In this document: positions 39,514 to 51,151 of the stretch, in pieces
Numbering within the stretch: the stretch's first letter is position 1
Layout: every line of letters starts with the position of its first letter
Source of the DNA: Folioceros fuciformis
Taxonomy: Eukaryota
Length of the DNA stretch: 51,151 nt
Assembly (NCBI GenBank): GCA_049999805.1
Contig: JBNGIO010005373.1
Coordinates: 1 to 51,151 of the forward strand
Direction of reading: 5' to 3'
Notes under the pieces: generated by a model
Databases searched by the model: none
The model's input: the letters and a program-made list of their open reading frames with translations, nothing else
Told to the model about the DNA's origin: nothing
Program-made: the position numbers and the translations under genes

Positions 39514-39794
39514 GGTGCAGGGCCGACGGCCTGGGACGTCCCAGCTCCAGGGGGACGCTGACGGGCATGTGGGCGCTAGGGCGCGTGAGGGGTGTGACTT
39601 TGTGGGGAGTGTGATGGGCTTGACAACTGCGCGTGCTAGCGTGTTGGGCTTCGGTTTCGGGGGTGGATGGAAGGTTTAGAAGTTGTGGGTTGTTNNNNNN
39701 NNNNNNNNNNNNNNNNNNNNNNNNNNNNNNNNNNNNNNNNNNNNNNNNNNNNNNNNNNNNNNNNNNNNNNNNNNNNNNNNNNNNNNNNNNNNNN

Positions 39795-42700
39795 TCGGTA
39801 CGAGGTGTTGAAGCAAATTGGGGAGGGCGGGTTTGGGAATGTGTACAAGGCTCGGCGGAGGGATGACAAGGTTGTCGTGGCTTTGAAGGAGGTGCACCAT
39901 GCCCAGAGTTCGAGGAGGGAGTTGGATGCGCTGCTGAGGCTCAGTCACCCTAACGTCGTCAAGCTGCTTGATTATGTGCAGCAGGGGCCCAGTGTTGTGC
40001 TGGTGCTGGAGTACGTGGAGTCCAATTTGGCGGAGGTCATTGCCGCTGGACCCTTGCAGGAGAGTGCCATGAAGGGGATTATGGTGCAGGTGCTTCGAGG
40101 CCTGGCTGCATGTCACTCGAACATGATTGTGCATCGTGACTTGAAGCCGTCCAATATTTTGGTCTCCGCCGATGGGGTTTTGAAAATTGCTGATTTCGGG
40201 ATCGCTCGTGTCATCCACGAAAGCGATTTGAAGGTCACGGCTGGAAAGGAGCCTGAGAGGAGTATCGAGTGTTCGGAACTGCGAGTTTCACTCAAAATTT
40301 CTGTGTATGGAGGACCTGATGCAGAGGGAACGCCTGGAGATGCATCGTGCTTTGTGGACATCCACCAAGAGCTCAAGCCGAGGCCAAGCGATGACTCCAG
40401 AGTTGCTGAGGAGGGTTCAATGTTGAGTGGAGATGATGGTGTTTTCGATGTGGAGGGGTCCATGTTCGTTCAGAATAGCAATCACTTCCACCCTCATGAG
40501 GACAATGCGGTCACGCCTGGTCGAGGGTTCCAAGCTAGTGCTCGAACAAAAGGGCAGGAGGTTGTCAGTGGGACCGTTGGAAGGAAGGGTGCTCCCGGTC
40601 AAAAGCAGAGTGACTTTTTGCACAAGTTGAAAGGATTTTTAAAGAAGGGTGGTACCTACTCTGAAAAGCAGGAAAAGGTACTTTCTCTTCTCCGTGTGTG
40701 TGACGAATTTATCCGGTTTGTGTCGGGCTTATTTTGCATGCTGAATGAAATTAGGGGTTTGAAACTTGAGTGACCAGGGCTTTCGCTGATGGATGTGGCC
40801 TAAACTTCAGGATGAAGTTACAGCCTCATTCTTGGATATTGATGGCTTGCCTCGTGGCTCTGCATGCAGGTAGTAGATCCTCAGGGGCCATTGGCAGAGA
40901 GCCCCCAGGAGGGAGTTGACAATGAGTATAGGCAAAGGAGTGGCAGGTGGTTAAGTCCAGTCAACAGTGCGCTGCTTGTGTTTGATAATAAAGAAAATCA
41001 GGGACAATGTCCATCGCTGGTTCAAAGTGGTAGCTTAGTGATTGAAGGGGAGAAGGTGGAGTCTATATCAGGAAGATCTCAGTCGTTAGACAGAGATCTC
41101 AAGGTGCCAGTCGAGAGGGCCTGTCTATTTGGTCAGCATGGCAGCCCCATGAGTGATGGCAAACTTAATGATAAGACCTGTCCTAAGGGTAAGCTTTACC
41201 TGAAACATGCTGAGGAAGGTGTGGAAAGGAACTTGCAACAGAAGCATGTTGGCAGTAATATCTCACATCTTGTAACACCTGCAATAGAGGCTGGAGCCGA
41301 GTTGGCCTTGGTGGATGGCATTGATCAGCCCAGTAATGTTGAACGGCAGGCCAAGCTTAGAAGTTCAACTGCGTCACTGATGACTGATAACCAGCTTGGT
41401 CCTGTGTCAAGTTCAAAACCAGATGTTTTAACATTGAGAGTTGTCGGTGATACTAACAGTCTGGAGGATCACGTCGAGTGTCTAGGTGTTGTGGAGCCAA
41501 ATATCATGCCTCCCCTGCCTTTGAACAAAGACAGTGCTTCAACTGTCAGTACCTCTAGCTTGCTTCTTCCAACAGGAAGGAGTGCCTTTTTACCAGGATC
41601 ACAGGTCTCAGGGCAGAGTGTGCCGAGCGAGGAAGAGCTGGGAACGGTTGATAACTTTCCGGAGCATCAGAGTGACAACGGTGTTGGGACGAAATTGAGG
41701 GGTTCGTGTTGTTTTGGAGCGAGGTCCTTTGGAAGTAAGAGCGTCCTAGATTCTGGAAGAACGCATGCTGAAGATGTGGGCTCGAGCGAACCTCCCTTGG
41801 CAGCTGAAGTAATTCATGATCTCACTACTCGTGGGCAAAAGCCGCCACAGCCACGTCAGCAGCCCAGGAACAATTTAGTCTCATGCGGTGTGGAGCTGTT
41901 GAGGGATAAAGCTCGTTCCCTTCCAAGAACTGAAGCAGGGATTCAAATTGTTGGGTTTGAACCTACCCAAAAGAGAGATAATGCTCTAGCAAACATTTAC
42001 AAGACCACTGACTTTGCCCCTATAGCGGAGGCCTTCGCAGGTGCAGCATCTGACTTGCAGGGAATCGTTCAACCGAATTCCGCAACCTGTGGTCTCAGGC
42101 AACATGTAGAACCAGGGATTAGCAGTAAGGGCACCCGCTATGGTAGCCCACTTGGTGCTGTCACAGGATCTGCAAATCAATCTCTGAGCCCTGTGCACAT
42201 CAGCCCATCTGGGTTGGATGATAAGAAAAGTTTTGAAGATGGAGGGAGTTTTAATTTGGAAAACTGGGAGCAAATTTATTCTGAAGCTAGAAGGAATTTG
42301 GAACAGGGGGGAGGTGTCTATGGGTTGCATCAAAATCGGAGGGGCTGGCACGGGTGCAATTCGGAGCTGAAGTGTTGTGGTGTTATCACAAGCAAAGGGA
42401 AGATCATTGGACAAAATTTATCTAGAGACATGAGCAGCAGGGTACCAAGGATTAAGGGAGCTTCTGAGAATGTCAGGTCGGCAATTGACAAAGGTGGGCA
42501 GAGAGTTTTCTTTTCGGAGGGCCAAAGTCTAGAGGAGTGGGACCCAGCCCGGAAAAAGAGTCCTGAAATGGCGGCGCTTTCTGCATCAGAACGTATTGAA
42601 AAGTTCAGGACGGTTGTTCCACATCAGGACCTTCTGGAACCTGCGTCTGAACTTAGATCCAAGCAACTGAAGGGTGAGGTTGGGAGCAGCTCCTCAAGTT

Positions 42701-44022
42701 CTCCGTGCACTTTGCAAATTCCACCCAAGAAGGTTATGAAGAGCATGTCTAGTTATGGTGGCGACGTGGTGCAAGGAGGAACTGGCTGGATTTCGCCATC
42801 TGGACGCTTTGATTTCTTGTCACCAGCAGTTTTAGGGTACGAGAACGAAGATGAGTCCTCAAATGCAGAGTTTTACTATCCAGGAAGGCTGGAAATGGAA
42901 GCAAGGAATGGCTCTGACTGGGGTTCGCCTTCTGAACCATTTGACTTCATGCGAGTAAGAACAGTGGGTGACCAGAGTGAATCCAAGTCCTCCCTTTCCG
43001 ATCTGTCAAATATAGATGGCACCGAGTTTGGCTTGCATCTCACTGCAGATTCAAGTTTGAAGCAGTGGAGTGATATTGAGAAAGAGAGTGAGAGTGGGCA
43101 GGATGGTTGGGAGAAAGCGTCTGGGGAGTGGAGTACAGATAGAGATGGGCTCATGGGCGATCTTGAGGGTCCCCATTCTGGCAGTCTTGGAAGGTCAGAG
43201 GAGACTAGGTGGTTTGGAGCTCCAGAGCTTCGAGATAGCTACATTGAGATGGACACTGGGAGATCTACAGGGGAGTTGGCGGGAGAAGCAGGATGGCATG
43301 AGTTGCATCAAGACAGTCCCCCACAGCCTGCAAGCAATGGCAAGGATGCTTCCTTGTTAGCAGCAATACAGGTTCCGCCAAACCGAGAGCAAGCCTGGGT
43401 TGATTCTGCAAGAGCTTCTGGGAGACATGCCGAGGAATCAGGCATGGGTTTGAGTGACGATTCTGTGAGCAGGAGTGACAGTGAAGATAATGGTGAGCTC
43501 ACAAATGGCGTTGGGACTAGATGGTACAGAGCTCCAGAACTTCTGTACGGAGCTACAGAGTATGGCAGGGCTGTTGACTTGTGGTCTGTGGGGCTCATCT
43601 TTGCGGAGCTTCTACTGGGTGCCCCGTTATTCCCAGGACTCAATGATATTGATCAGCTGAGCAGGGTTGTACGATTCCTTGGATCCCCAACGGAGAGCAA
43701 CTGGCCAGGTGTATCCAAACTGCCAGATTATGATAAGATATACTTCCAGGACAATCGACCTCCTCTCTCTCTCCACGATAAGTTTCCAACAGCATCAAAG
43801 GCATGCCTGAGTTTCCTGGAAAAGCTTCTTGTCTACAACCCTGCAGCTCGTGTAAATGCCCATGAGGCACTCCAAGATTATTTCTTCAGGGTAGATCCAG
43901 CCCCTGCTGATCCCCACGAGTTGAAGTTGCCCACCCACCAAAGGAAAAAATCCAACTCTCCACATTGTGGGGAATGGAGTGAGCAATTGTCATCGTCATC
44001 AGATTTCGAGTTGCTAAGTTGA
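39795..44022 (+). CDS. CDKF: CDKF;1-type CDK-activating kinase with a very large insertion; start in N gap; intron probably 40678-40869
   Basis: GEGGFG, VALKE, QSSRRE (no PSTAIRE), HRDLKPSN, DFG at 40192-40200, then VGTRWYRAPELLYG, DLWSVG, DIDQL, WPGVSKLPDY. Confidence 0.88.
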
Positions 44023-45003
44023 GGTTCTTATTTTTTCCGGCTTGAGATGGGCGACCTTGCTGCTGTTGAAGTCCTCTCTCGATCCACCTATATACCTTAC
44101 TGCAGGGAGTAAGCTGCCTTGCTGAAGGTGGAGACATGTCTTGTGGGGAGGAGGTGGAGGAGCAGCCCATCTCTTAAGTGAGCCTGTTGCGTACCATCAA
44201 TTTCTGCCAATGGATCTCTTCGAATTCTTACTTCGGTGTATCAACGGCGTATAATCGACTCTCGTAGGTCCTTTGTACCATGTATATGCATTCATAGTAC
44301 TCAGGCTCGCCATTTGTCAAGGCTCGTCTCGTAACCATTCCATCCAGTTGGAAGACTAAAGGTATCCTACGTTTTTGTTACTAGTCACCTTCTGGATCCT
44401 CCAGTTGGATGTCTAGCGAGCGACATGCATGTTGCGTTTCTCTCTCGGCCTTCCTGCGGGCACTGGATGACAAATGTAGCTCTATGTGGAACGCATGGGT
44501 TGTTTCCACGATTGAAAATTGTTTTTTTTTTTTTTTGTCCTGGTTTCTTGAATATAATTTACGTTCTCGGGGAGTGAGAGTCGACACAAAGCAAACTCAA
44601 ACCCTGCATGAAAGGATTGTGTTGCTCTGGGAAACGAAACCCTGTAAGAGACCTTGGTTGCTCGCGATTTGTACTGTGTGGTGTGGCAAGGAAGACTGTG
44701 TCAGCGCCTCTGAATTTCGCTGTGGTTGGGACAAGTGCGATCCGCGCGGTACTGGCGAAGCGAGTGTGAAATACTGCTAAATTTGATGCAGGATTAAGGT
44801 CTGTTTGGTGGATTGATCTGAGCTTGCAGAGGAGAAAAAGCTGCATGAATGTACAAGGGGGGAAGACGGACAGAGCTGGAGTGCTCCAATCAGCAGAGCG
44901 CGCAGTGGGTGTGCCGCACGCTTGCCATGGCTGATGGCAGCCGGTGTGATCTCCATCCAGCTCCTGCATCTGCTGCTTCCTGAATCCGAGCTGTGTTGCC
45001 GAT

Positions 45004-45050
45004 CTGCTGCTGCTGCTGTTGCTGCCTGCTGCTGCTGTTGCTGCCTGCTG
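45004..45050 (+). repeat. Imperfect (CTG)n microsatellite just upstream of the SNX2 start
   Basis: ctgctgctgctgctgttgctgcctgctgctgctgttgctgcctgctg. Confidence 0.85.
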
Positions 45051-45073
45051 CGGCGGAGCAGGTATCTGCCACT

Positions 45074-47285
45074 ATGATGGGGTCGGAGCAGGAGGGGGAG
45101 CAGCACCGCCTCTACTCGCCTGAGGACTCCATGGAAAGCCTGGTGCTGGATCAGTCTCCCAGGGATCGGAGCCGGGGGTCTCCCTTCCTGGAGAGCGACT
45201 ACCGGAGCGCCATGTCCAACAGCGTCGGGGACGATGCTCACCCCCTGGCTCCCTCGAGGATGGACTTCTCGGCTCACAAGACCTTTAAGGACCCGTCCTA
45301 CCGGAAGAGCTTCATGGATTCGTCGTCCGGGAAAGGCTTCCAGGACGATCTGCTGGTGGAGCCACCGTCGTACGCCGATGCGATCTTCAGGCCGTCGTAC
45401 ATGGGAGAGGCTTCGGGAAATGGCAATGTCGACAGGGAAGTAGGGGTCTCGTCTCCGTCCCGTGACCACTCGTCGAGCTCGGAGGAGATGCTGAGCGTGG
45501 CAGTGACGCAGCCACAGAAGGCGCAGGATGGGGGAGCATCCCTGGTGCCCGGTGCTGGGACTTATGTCACTTACCTCATAGTGACTCGGACCAACATACC
45601 GGAGTACAGAGGGACTGATTTCAGCGTTCGGAGAAGGTTCCGGGATGTGGTGACGCTTGCGGACCGGCTGGCTGATGCGTTCAGGGGATATTTCATCCCT
45701 CCGCGCCCGGACAAAAGTATTGTAGAAAGTCAGGTCATGCAGAAGCAGGAATTCATTGAGCAGAGGCGGGTTGCCCTGGAGAAGTATCTCGGGAGGCTGG
45801 CTCAGCATCCCGTGCTCAGAAGGAGTGATGAGTTACGGCTGTTTCTTCAGTTCCAAGGGAAGCTTCCTCTCATTCCCACTACGGATATGGCGTCCAGGAT
45901 GCTGGATGGGGCTGTGAAGCTGCCTAGGCAGCTGTTTGGGGAAGGCAGCACCATGCTTGCCCCGCATGATGTGGCCCAGCCTGCCAAGCAAGGAAGGGAT
46001 TTGGTTAGGTTGTTCAAGGAGCTGAAGCAGTCTGTCACTAATGACTGGAGCAGCACCAAGCCTGCAGTGTTTGAGGAGGATAAGGGTTTTATTGAGAAGA
46101 AAGAAAAGCTGCTGGATCTTGAACGCCATTTGGGTGAAGCTTCTCAGCAGGTAAGGTTGATTTGGTTTGCGGGTTCTGGAAGAGGGATGATGCCGATCGT
46201 CATTTCTTTGCTCATGTGTTGTTGTGTAGGTGCGTTGCGTCTCAAACTTCAACTAATGGTAGCACCCTGTTGCACGCAGGCAGAAGCTTTGGTCAAGACT
46301 CAACAGGAGGTAGGGGAGGTGATGGGGGAAATGGGATTGGCTTTCATCAAACTGGCCAAGTTCGAGGCAGAGGAGGCCACGTCTGACACACAACGGGTGA
46401 ATGCTGCAAATGTCAAAAGGATGGCAACCGCAGCCGTGAAAGCAAGCAGATTTTATCGAGAAGCCACCGCACAGTCTGTGAAGCATCTGGTGAGAATTGT
46501 ACAGTACTACTTATCCTAACACTTGTGGAGAAGTTGCTTATGTTGCAGAGTGGGTTGGCACTGGACAGGATCAACTGCACGAGTATCTTGGCTTCATGCA
46601 GGCGCTGCATGCTGCTTTCGCAGATCGGGCGAATGCGCTGTTGACTGTGCAAACACTTACGTCAGACCTCGTGTCTCTCAATACTCGAGTTGAAAAGCTG
46701 AAGGCAGCATCCTCAAAGGTCTTTGGTGGAGATAAGTCGAGGATCAGAAAGGTTGAGGAGTTGAAGGAGACTCTGAAAGTTGTGGAGGAATCTAAGGACT
46801 GCGCTCAGAGAGAGTATGACAGCATTAAGGTAAGCGATTACAGGTTTTCCATGAATATTTTGCGGTCAGATCCTTGTCGCCTGTTTGCTAAATGTTCTTT
46901 ACTCCTCTGGAGCAGAAGAGCGTGCGGGGGCTGATCTTGCTTTGCGCTTGTTTTGAAGAAATTCCCCTTTTTTTTTTGCAGGAGCATAACCGGACAGAAC
47001 TTGAGAGATTCGAAGAAGACAGACGTCGCGACTCCTTCGACATGTTGAAGGGCTTTGTTCATACTGCGGTGAGCTGCGGACGAGAGTTTAACCCCGTCCA
47101 GTTCCGTGGTTAGGATTTTTCCGTTCCTTTCATTAATCGCGATAGCCGAAAAAAACTCGTTTGTGCAGGTTGCCTATCACGAAAAAATGGCGTCTGTTTG
47201 GGGTAAAGCAGTCGAGGAAGGAGGTGGGACGCACTTTTTCAAATCTTCGGATGGATCTTCATCCAGCTCTTCTTTAGCAGGCTAG
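45074..47285 (+). CDS. SNX2: Sorting nexin 2 (PX + BAR); exons 45074-46150, 46280-46489, 46569-46829, 46982-47068, 47169-47285
   Basis: MMGSE start, EPPSYADAIF, VRRRFRDVVTLADRL, RGYFIPPRPDKS, RDLVRLFKELKQ, SSKVFGGDKSR. Confidence 0.95.
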
Positions 47286-48422
47286 CATATTATCTATGCA
47301 CGACGCTATCGGATTATCCCCGAGTCTGCACTCGCATTCAGGAGTGTACGCTTGGAACGGTTTTGCCTAACCCCGGATGGTCGGCCTGAATGAAGTAGTT
47401 GTAGACTACGTTGAGGTGGAATGGATCTATTTATGGATGTTTTATTCAGTGGGCCATTTCTGTAAATCCTAACCTTCTGTTCAGGGCTGGTGAAGGTGGG
47501 AAGGGTTCCCCAAACTCGGGCTGGCACAGCCCCAAATACCAGGCCGACAGCTTAGACCTGGACCAGTCATTCCGAGTAAAGGGAGACCTAGACGTAACCG
47601 GGGACAGCGTAAGCTGCTGGAATCTCTGTGAACGACTGGTAGCTCAGCCCAGTCCGGTACCTGAGTACAAGGACATCTGACAGTTTAGAGGACGTACATG
47701 GATATTCACTCTACTCAACGTTTCAAAGGATGCCCTCGTGCTAGACTCGCCTCGAGGTCCTTTTTTTTATTGGTTATGCTGCAGGGCGTACCAACCCCTG
47801 CATTGCTACAAACCCGAGCGGTTGTTCTGTGGCATTGTGTACGTAGTCGAGACTATCTCCAGGGAAGCTGTGGTTTCTTTGTCCGTGAGTTATTTGGGAG
47901 ATCCGGTAATTTAATTCTCGACACAGTACCTCATGCAGCGGCGATTCGTGTTTCTCAAGGAAACGTGTGAGGGGAGAGTTCCCTCGTTCCACCGTGGAGG
48001 TTGAAGTCTTTCCTGTTGTTGAACATGTAGATGAAAAGACTTAATAGGATTATTTTATGTACTTACTTGAAGAAAAATATATTTCTTTACTAAGTGAAGA
48101 CAAAGGAGAGAGCCTGATCCAGGACGATGGATAAGGTCCTAGGGGGTGAAGGTGACAACAAAAAAAGGGCCTAACCATCAAGATGAGAAAAAAGCATTTG
48201 AGTTCCTTACCCAAAGTTATGTCTTCCTCCCCAAACATCATATGTGAGAAGATCTTAGAGAGCTGGGAAACCATAGATGAAGAGCAAGAAAAGTTAGCTA
48301 CTTCAACTGCTGCCTTGTATAGAGTTGCTGTGAAGAGATCTTTGGAAGTTATGCTCAAAACATGAAGTACAATTGTGAGGCTCATTATATTGAATCTGAC
48401 CATGGACAGCATCAATCTTCCA

Positions 48423-48720
48423 ATTCCAAATTGAAATAGAGTCTGGAAGGCTCATGACAACAACACTACCTTATGGCTATCTTGTTTGTGCTTGCCACAG
48501 TTTCCCCAATGCAGTCCAAATTGAAATAGAGTCTGGAAGGCTCATGACAACAACACTACCTTATGGCTATCTTGTTTGTGCTTCCCATAGTTTCCCAATG
48601 CAGTCAGAGTCTTCTTCTGCATTCTTCATCTCATAGCAAACATAGGCATTGTTTGTACTAGCCACTGTTTCCCCAATATAGTCAGAATCTTCTTTTGCAT
48701 GCTTCATCTCATAGTGAACA
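48423..48720. repeat. Overlapping tandem duplications (~90 bp) in a degenerate intergenic/TE-like region
   Basis: tccaaattgaaatagagtctggaaggctcatgacaacaacactaccttatggctatcttgtttgtgctt occurs twice, and agtcaga.tcttctt.tgcat.cttcatctcatag occurs twice. Confidence 0.85.
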
Positions 48721-49464
48721 TAAGCATTAACATGAGCTAGCTACAAAGGTCTCCATGTTCTGGAAGTTGCAGTGATTGGACAATCCAATTGGAAGATAGT
48801 AGAACTTACCACATACTCTAGTTCAACATCATTCAACATCAACCTGAGCTTCAATGGAACCTCTACTACGAGGGTGAGCTTTGGATCTCCTGATGTAGCA
48901 TCGCCAAAGTACATAAAAGTGGCCACACAGATGCTATGCAATCAAAGGTCGAATTCAGACACAAAACCTAATGTGAACCGTCAAAGTTCGAATGCAGACA
49001 CAAAACCTAGTGGCGGATGGCCTGGCTCAAGAAACTTGCGGATGGGAAACATGAAAGCAAATATTCCTTGACTACTGATTTCCATGCGCACAAGACGAGA
49101 CAAAGAGATAGGAGTATGCATACAACGACCAGACCGGTCCCCATCTCCCGCGTCTACAAACGAGATACATATGTAGGCAAGCGATATTACGACGTTGTGA
49201 TCACAAAATTTGAGGACGTAGAAAGGAAGAGAACGGGCAGGAAGCAGGTTACTGGCAAAGAAAAGCTGGAAGGAAAAGGAGAGTAGGAGAGGCAAAGAGA
49301 GGAGTGAGTGGTTGTTTCACAGGTGGGGTTACCCCGGGCCCTTTGGTGACGGGGCCCCTGACCCCCGTCACATTGAATGTTAATGTGAGATGGTGGGAGC
49401 GGGTGGAGGTGGACCTTGGCGCCCGCTTGGCCGCTGCCCGCCTGATTCGTGTTTGGACTCCAAT

Positions 49465-49475
49465 TTTGGCGCCAA
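49465..49475. promoter_or_regulatory. E2F-type site upstream of MET1
   Basis: TTTGGCGC within the palindromic TTGGCGCCAA. A further GCGGGAA lies at 49867-49873. Confidence 0.5.
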
Positions 49476-49939
49476 TACAGTGGAAAAAGCACTCGATGGT
49501 GCGTGCCCTTGGGCCGAGCTCTCGGCCTCCCGCTCTCGCTACCTCGCTTGAAGCACTCTGGCTTGGCGCCTCTGCGATTGCCTCCGCTGCCTTGGCTCCC
49601 CTCCTCTTCCTGCTGTGCTTGTCGCGCCTCCTGCTCTGCGCAATTGCCCGCCTTCCCCTCCACGAATGCGTCTCCGGCTGCCCCGCATTCTCTCGATTTG
49701 CCCATCACGTTTCCCTCGCCTTGCCCGCGCTGGTGCCCTGGCCTCGGGATCGGAGGGGACGGATCAGTGCGCTCCCCGCCGAGGTGCGCATTGGAGCGAA
49801 GGCTTGCTGCGCATTGGAGCGCACGGCCGGCTCCTCCTTTCTGGTTTGCCGGGGATCGGCGGGGCCGCGGGAACCCGGATTCTGGTGCTGGCTGCCTTGG
49901 TGCGGGACGGGAACGGGAGGAGCTTGTTGAATTCGAGCT

Positions 49940-51151
49940 ATGGCGGTGAAAGGAAAGAAGAGAGGGAGGGAGGTTGTTGTTGCGGGAAAGGCTTTTTGCA
50001 CGGACGAGAAGACGGCGGGAAGGGAGCCGCTGGAGAAGAAGAGTAAGAAGGACAAGGAAGGGGAAGGGGAGGGGGAAGCGGAAGGGGAAGGGAATTTGCC
50101 GTGTGTGCGGAGGCAGCCGAAGCGGGCTGCGGCTGAAGGCCGGTGCTTGAAGGAGGAGAATGTGGATGTGGAGGAGAGTGCTTGTGAAATTGAGGTGAAG
50201 GATGTGAAGGTTGTGGAGCAGGAGGAGACGGCGGTGGCGCACACGGCTGGGCCGAGGGAGAATGTCCAGCCTCCGCAGAGAAGGCTTGTGGATTTTGTCG
50301 TGCATGATGAGGACGGGAAGGTGGAGCCAATTGAGGCGGTTGATAGCAAGGCGCTGTACATCAGTGCGCTTGTGCTCCCTTTCGATGGCCCACTGGACAA
50401 GCAGAGCGGGCGGCGGTGCGAGGGGTTTGGGCAGTTGGAGTCCTGGTCCATTACTGGATACGAGGACAGGAAGCCAGTAGTGTGGCTCAGCACTGCGGTT
50501 GCGGATTACGTTTGCGAGAAGCCGGCAGGGGATTACAAGAAGTTGTTTGATACCTTGTACGACAAGGCTTTGGTTTGCGTTGAGGCGTACAGAGCGCTGT
50601 CCAAGGCTGACGGAGGTGATCCTGATGCTACTCTTGACGATCTCGTGGCCCGGGTGTCTAGAGCGTTGGCCATTCGGAAGCAGAAGGCAAAGAGAACGGC
50701 CACCCCGGTGCAGAAGTATGGTCGGGACTACATTCTGTCTTGCGGACTTTTGGTGTGGGAGCAGCTTACCGGGCTGGACGAGTCGGCTTCTGATTCGGAG
50801 CAGCTCTTCACGGGATTGCCTGCCCTCGTTGCTCTTAAGGAGGCTGTGGACGTTCGGTCGGCTCTTGAGGAGGATGGACTGAATGTGGTGCCCAGGCCTC
50901 TGACCATCGGGGAGGCTCGCTCGTCTTCGAATTCGGATCCACCAGCCTGCGCTCTTACTGATGAGGAAACCCGTTTGTTTCAGAAGTACGAGAAAATGGT
51001 TGAAGTCGAGGAGAGGAAGTTCCTCAAGTGAGCCTCATCTCCAGTTCATGTCTGCAACTCCTTTGGTATCTTGTTGTGGTGCTCAGAATGTTGGCTTCTT
51101 GCAGGCTGAGCAAGAGGAAGAGCAAGCCGTATATTAAGATAAATGAGGATG
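49940..51151 (+). CDS. MET1: DNA (cytosine-5)-methyltransferase 1, 5' part; exon 49940-51027, next exon from 51105, runs off the window
   Basis: RQPKRAAA, RFTS domain (RRLVDFVVHDEDG..EGFGQLESWSITGYED..VWLSTAVADY.CEKP), and after splicing YIKINED. Confidence 0.92.

Noticed and set aside
40864-44022. 1052-aa ORF as a stand-alone gene
   Set aside because: It contains only kinase subdomains VIII-XI; subdomains I-VII are upstream and join in frame via GT 40678 / AG 40869.
44993-45073. Poly-Cys/Leu signal-like N-terminal extension of SNX2
   Set aside because: Needs a non-ATG start and is just the translated microsatellite; the conserved start is MMGSE at 45074.
44777-45808. 343-aa minus-strand ORF with poly-Q
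   Set aside because: Antisense to SNX2; the poly-Q comes from the CTG microsatellite.
49187-50493. 372-aa and 262-aa minus-strand ORFs
   Set aside because: Low-complexity shadows of the GC-rich MET1 promoter and exon 1.

Overview
Eukaryotic nuclear DNA from a compact-genome land plant. Introns are short (mostly 80-130 nt, GT-AG) and genes are dense; a non-seed plant such as a hornwort is plausible but is inference. Spliced genes in order: SDP1-type patatin TAG lipase (+), tRNA-Pro(UGG) (+), ornithine carbamoyltransferase (-), TlyA-family rRNA methyltransferase (+), CHX antiporter copy 1 (-), decayed DExH helicase fragment (-), CHX copy 2 (-), DExH RNA helicase (-), aldo-keto reductase (+), DUF4535/STMP1-like microprotein (+), CDKF-type kinase (+), sorting nexin 2 (+) and the 5' part of MET1 (+). 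Repeat- and TE-rich spacers lie at about 0-1.3, 10.2-12.9, 20.9-24.2 and 48-49 kb. The most notable observations are a ~1,000-aa insertion in the CDKF activation segment with a degenerate second TRW..APE motif, a tandem segmental duplication of CHX plus half of DExH, a decayed ParB-like ORF, a candidate solo LTR, and a microprotein ORF directly upstream of the kinase. No CRISPR array or prokaryotic-type system is supported. All family calls come from motif recognition, not database searches.
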